Assembly: GCA_000320545.1 (NCBI GenBank)
Contig: ADNK01000313.1
Coordinates: forward strand, 1 to 64,000
Source: Bigelowiella natans CCMP2755
Lineage: Eukaryota; Protista; Cercozoa
Direction of reading: 5' to 3'
Length of the DNA: 64,000 bases
Shown here in pieces: positions 59,608 to 64,000 of this stretch. Each line of letters opens with the position of its first letter. Position 1 is the first letter of the stretch. Below the pieces are notes generated by a model. That model ran no database searches and had not been told where the DNA came from. It saw only the letters and a program-made list of their open reading frames with translations. The position numbers and the translations under genes are program-made.

Positions 59608-61192
59608 CCGCGCATATATAAGTAGCAATACTGTTTGATCAGAAAGAAGGCCTTTGGTGTCATTGAATATCTTTCGCAGGGAAATTGTCGCGAGCAAGTA
59701 GCCGGCCCTTCCATACAGGAAGCCATCATCTATGAATTGTATGTTTATTGTATACATTTGTATACGATAACGAACGCACCTCTAATTTATATTTGTTGTA
59801 TACATTTGTATACGATAACAAACGCACCTCTACGGCTACTACTACTAACTATATGATGATCAAAAAATCCCATAGTAGTAGGTAGGTTGCATCGGTATTA
59901 TTATAATTATGGCAACAATAATATTCAGTCGCAGTTATGGCCGTAGTAGAATATATTGAAAAATGGTTGTAGATGACTGACGCTGAAATAGTTTTCCCAG
60001 CGCGTAAGGGGCATAGGAGGAAAATCTAGCCAGATAATCGTCCGAAGTCATGCGTTTCTGTGTGTGTCAACAGCACTATCAAGGGACAATTTTCAAATTG
60101 GAATTTGAAATGATTCCTAAACTAATGTATATATATATATATATATATATATATTTAAATGTACACACACACACACACACATATATATATTTATATATAT
60201 ATCATATAAATATGTGTTAGGAGGGTGTGTGTGTATCAGAAAATACAGAAATATTCACTTATATGTGAATGCACACGTTTTGTTTGTTGTTGGTGTTCTC
60301 GGAAATATAAGAGAATAATTGGAACCTTACCACTAAAAATCATCCTTTTGTTTGGATCAGAAGAAATAGATGAATTTCCATAAAATTAGTAGACATACAT
60401 CGTTAATATATAACATATCTATCATATCATTACTACCATAGTATCGTTGATGACATTTGACGCTGTTCCATTCACCAATAACGGTATGGAAGCAGCAGCA
60501 GTAGTGTCTTTTTCCGATAGTGATGATTTCCATTTGTTATCATCATCTCCCTGTTGTTGTTGTTCTTCTTCTTCAACCATCGTGTTGTTTCCACATCTAC
60601 TACTACTACTACTACTACCGCTGGTGTTGTTATTATTGGTGGTGGTCCCTCTCAAGCGCTCATGCTCTCTTTCAATGATTGCATTCACGTATGCAACCTG
60701 ACCGTTACAAGAAACAACAGCATCAGCAGTTTAAGGTAAGCAAATAGAAGCACTTTACCAACTATGCCGTAACGATAATGCTAGCGAAAGCAGTAGCAGA
60801 AGAAGAAGAAGAAGAAGAAGAAGAAGAGGTTGAAGGAGAACGAAAAGGTGCAGGAGGAGGGGGGAAGGGGGGAGGAGGAGGAAGAATATCGATGGCAACT
60901 AAGTTAAGGTTGAGTACTTGTAGTGTTAGTTAATATTGTTTAGTATCTTCTAATGGCCCACCCCTGCGAGACCACAAGGCACACCACATGCGTAAGAACG
61001 TAGATCTTCGTACCATTCTTTAGGAGCAGTGCCTTCATAGATTATATATTATATCGTCATCATTACGCATACATGCATGCATTCATTTAGTGCATTCATC
61101 CATGTGTTGATTCATCTCATCTTTCAATTCTTGCAGCAGCGCCATGTGAAGAGAGGAGGTTGTTGTTATAATATCGTTACTACCACTACTAC

Positions 61193-61229
<37 letters not shown>

Positions 61230-61236
61230 GATAATA

Positions 61237-61267
<31 letters not shown>

Positions 61268-62330
61268 TCATCTATAGGAGGACCTCGAACTCCTCGAACC
61301 CGAGCACTATTAAGAAATCGTTTTTTCTCGTACTTATTGAATTGCCTGGAATAAATATCTATTAGTACATCATAGCCTGGAGGATGTGATGAGCGTAGTA
61401 ACAACAAATACGACAACGTATTATTTGTTCTGGTGCTTGCTTCTACTACTGCCGCTGCTGTATGATGATCCTATGCTCTTTCAATTAACAGTCTATATTT
61501 CATCGAATAGGATCATAATAATAAGAATAATGACAATAACAATTTGAGACATGGAATCATGGGGGGGGGGGGGGGGGGGAGGATATTTTCGCCTAATTAC
61601 ATATACTAATGGCGTTATATACACTACTACAATCTTGCCCTCATTATCATCATCATCTTCTTCTATCTCTTCATCAAGCTATTTTAATATATTTCCCACC
61701 ACTGATTATAGCTGACGTAACGTCGAGTTTAATTTTCTTTCCCCAATTTATTATAGCTGACGTAACGACGTAATATTTATTATTATTACGGGTTTTGGCT
61801 AATCGGTAGAGAAGATATGATACTCCAGGACTGCCGCTATATACTTCCCCAGCAGGAAAACATCGTGAGCGTTGAATTATGTAGCTGAAATTTATGAGAA
61901 CATAAGTAACCATTGTGCTCAATAAGAGGATTTGCGAATACTATGTACATATTATAATCCCCATCCATATAGAATTTCATCAGATTAGTAGAGAGAATAA
62001 TAGTACGTGGCAATCTCCTTTGCTTGAAGCGCAACCCACCGGAAAAAGGACGGACTGGTTAAAATTAAATAAAACGAGCGTGATATTATGAGAGAAGTAG
62101 TAGATTGAACTTTAGATTAACTATCAAAGAGGAAGGCCCCCAGGGAGGGAAAGGGGTTGGGGGGGGGGGGTGCGGGTCGAAGGAAGGAACCGTTTGGCAA
62201 AATGCCATGATCAATTCTTGAAAGAGGAAAGGAAAAGTAACGAACACAAATATATACGTACAGAGCAGAAAAAAAAAACATTATTATTAGCATCCATCCC
62301 ATCCCATATAATGTAGACCTCATACTTACG

Positions 62331-62370
<40 letters not shown>

Positions 62371-63833
62371 CCATTCATTAGTACCCCACCCACCTAATGT
62401 CGATCTCCGACATGCGGTTCCTAAAGTATTTGCTGTTGCTGTTGCTGCTGCTGCTGCTGCTGATATTAACGCTATTTTTACTTCCTGCTTCTACTTTGCC
62501 ATTGTTATAAATATCTTCTGATTTCACTGATGCGTCATTCACTCCTTCATCATTTTTCTTCTCGTGCTCATCCTCCTCCTGCTCCTCCTCTTTTTCCTCT
62601 TCATCCCAGTCGTCCAGTCCAATGTCCTCCTCCTCCTCCTCCTCCTCCTCCTCCTCCTCCATGGCTTCTCCCTCTTCTTGTCTGTGCAAATCTTCAGCAT
62701 CATTATTAGAAACAGGCAGGGATTGTAGTATTGCACCCTCTTCAGTACCAAAATTTTCTTCTAAAATTCTGCTGACGTCTTGCTCGGGGTGAGCAGCTAC
62801 GTTATTATTATTATTATAAGGATCCGAACGAGGAGGAGGAGGAGGAAGAACATCGTCGTCGTGTCTAGCAATGATGTCCTCATCATCAACAGCGTAGGTT
62901 GGTGCATCTGGTGGAATCATTGATTGTTGTTCCGTAGGATCCTGGTCAGAATGTTGTTCCCTCTCTAGCATGTAGTTCGGATATTGCATGACGTTACGAT
63001 AACTTTCCTCGACGACGCCCTTATTATTCGCCGCCATCATCCGAGTAGCAGGATGATCATCATTACCGCCATGAACCTCGGTGGTACCTAGCTGGTCATA
63101 CGATGAGGAAGGAGCCTCCCTGCCTATGGCTAGCTGGTTGTACGGTGAGGAGGAAGCCTCAGCCTCAGCCTCAGCCTCAGCCTCTGGGGGTAGTGGATCT
63201 GGTGCCTGGTAAAGGGTGCTATGATCCTCCAAATTGATATTAGCTTCATCATAATGAAATTGAGAATCTCCCCCTGAAATAACATCAAACGACAGGGGGA
63301 TTAGAAGAAGTCCTCCTCATATCAAACGACAAGCCGATGATGCTTTTACAGATCTCCTCATCATCATCCGCATCTTTAATCCTTTGTGTGTTCAGGAACT
63401 ACTACGACTATTACTACTACTACTACTACTACTACAACATCAAGCTGGAACTAAACTGTGATAACTATCGCCGTCTATTCAAATGAATCTAATGCGAGTC
63501 AGAAAAACAGCCTACAATCAAAGTAGTTTAAAAACTACTAGTAAGGTTAGTAGGCGAGAAAGTGCCTCTCGCATGCTGTATTTCCAGCCCTTACATCTAC
63601 AAAAACATCGAATATAGTTCAAAAAATGATAATAACAATACCTCGGAGCCTTCGGGAGAGAGTTTGGAAGAATGAGAAATCGTAGCAGCTATTGTCAGCA
63701 GCCCTTTGTCGTCCACCATTATCATTACCGTAGCGTGGTCGCTTGATATCCTCTCGCCTGTCCCCAATAGGAAAAAAGGTGGTAAATTTTAGCAAAGTCC
63801 AAGTTCTACACGCACACGCTTACACTTACACAT

Positions 63834-63871
<38 letters not shown>

Positions 63872-64000
63872 AAAGACACACGCAAACACGCATGCCTGCG
63901 CACGCACTACCATCTGAGGATGCTACTTCGACGCTGCTCAGTCCATCTTGTTCCATGACCTAGCCACATCCCAGTCAGCGTTGTCAACACAACCATCATG
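52095..64000 (-). CDS. LanC-like protein (LANCL/GCR2 family) with a long acidic N-terminus and a large insertion near the C-terminus; 5' end probably beyond the window
   Basis: Ordered exons: KYFRNRM, GEVYSGSPGVSYLLYRL, DGFLYGRAGYLLA, PLMYGIEDSVYLGAAHGLIG, VQWAHGATSLVMLFCKAYSVF, IWHKGLVKK, GLCHGVAGNG, GRAGAFALF. Then, ~4 kb further, ADWPLSLFEGLS|GVAAFLADLSNWAKSGFPLFEV* (stop at 52095). Confidence 0.85.

Noticed and set aside
52095-64000. Lanthipeptide biosynthetic cluster
   Set aside because: Spliced eukaryotic LANCL-type gene. No precursor peptide, dehydratase or kinase-lyase gene is seen nearby.

Overview
Eukaryotic nuclear DNA: intron-rich genes with GT-AG introns and abundant (TA)n/(TG)n/(GA)n/(TAC)n microsatellites. 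The gene style (7TM-RGS, a bipartite-leader-like N-terminus) suggests a protist such as a chlorarachniophyte; this is inference only. About 12 protein-coding genes run in almost strictly alternating orientation: WD40-like (-), F-box/LRR (+), HPP membrane protein (-), hypothetical (+), hypothetical (-), ATAD5/ELG1 (+), MscS channel (-), 7TM-RGS (+), hypothetical (-), coiled-coil hypothetical (+), zf-UBP ubiquitin protease (+), LanC-like (-). The most striking signal is non-genic. Intergenic domains, mostly between convergent 3' ends, have lost the TpA dinucleotide except inside CTAG, while TG/CA words abound and CpG is retained. By manual reading, 8672-11125 has zero non-CTAG TpA and 16 CTAG. 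This looks like a targeted TpA->TpG/CpA (A->G/T->C) hypermutation process, the mirror image of fungal RIP, with a protected CTAG context. Exon boundaries and counts were read by eye, and several 5' ends are uncertain. No tRNA, rRNA or CRISPR array was recognised.
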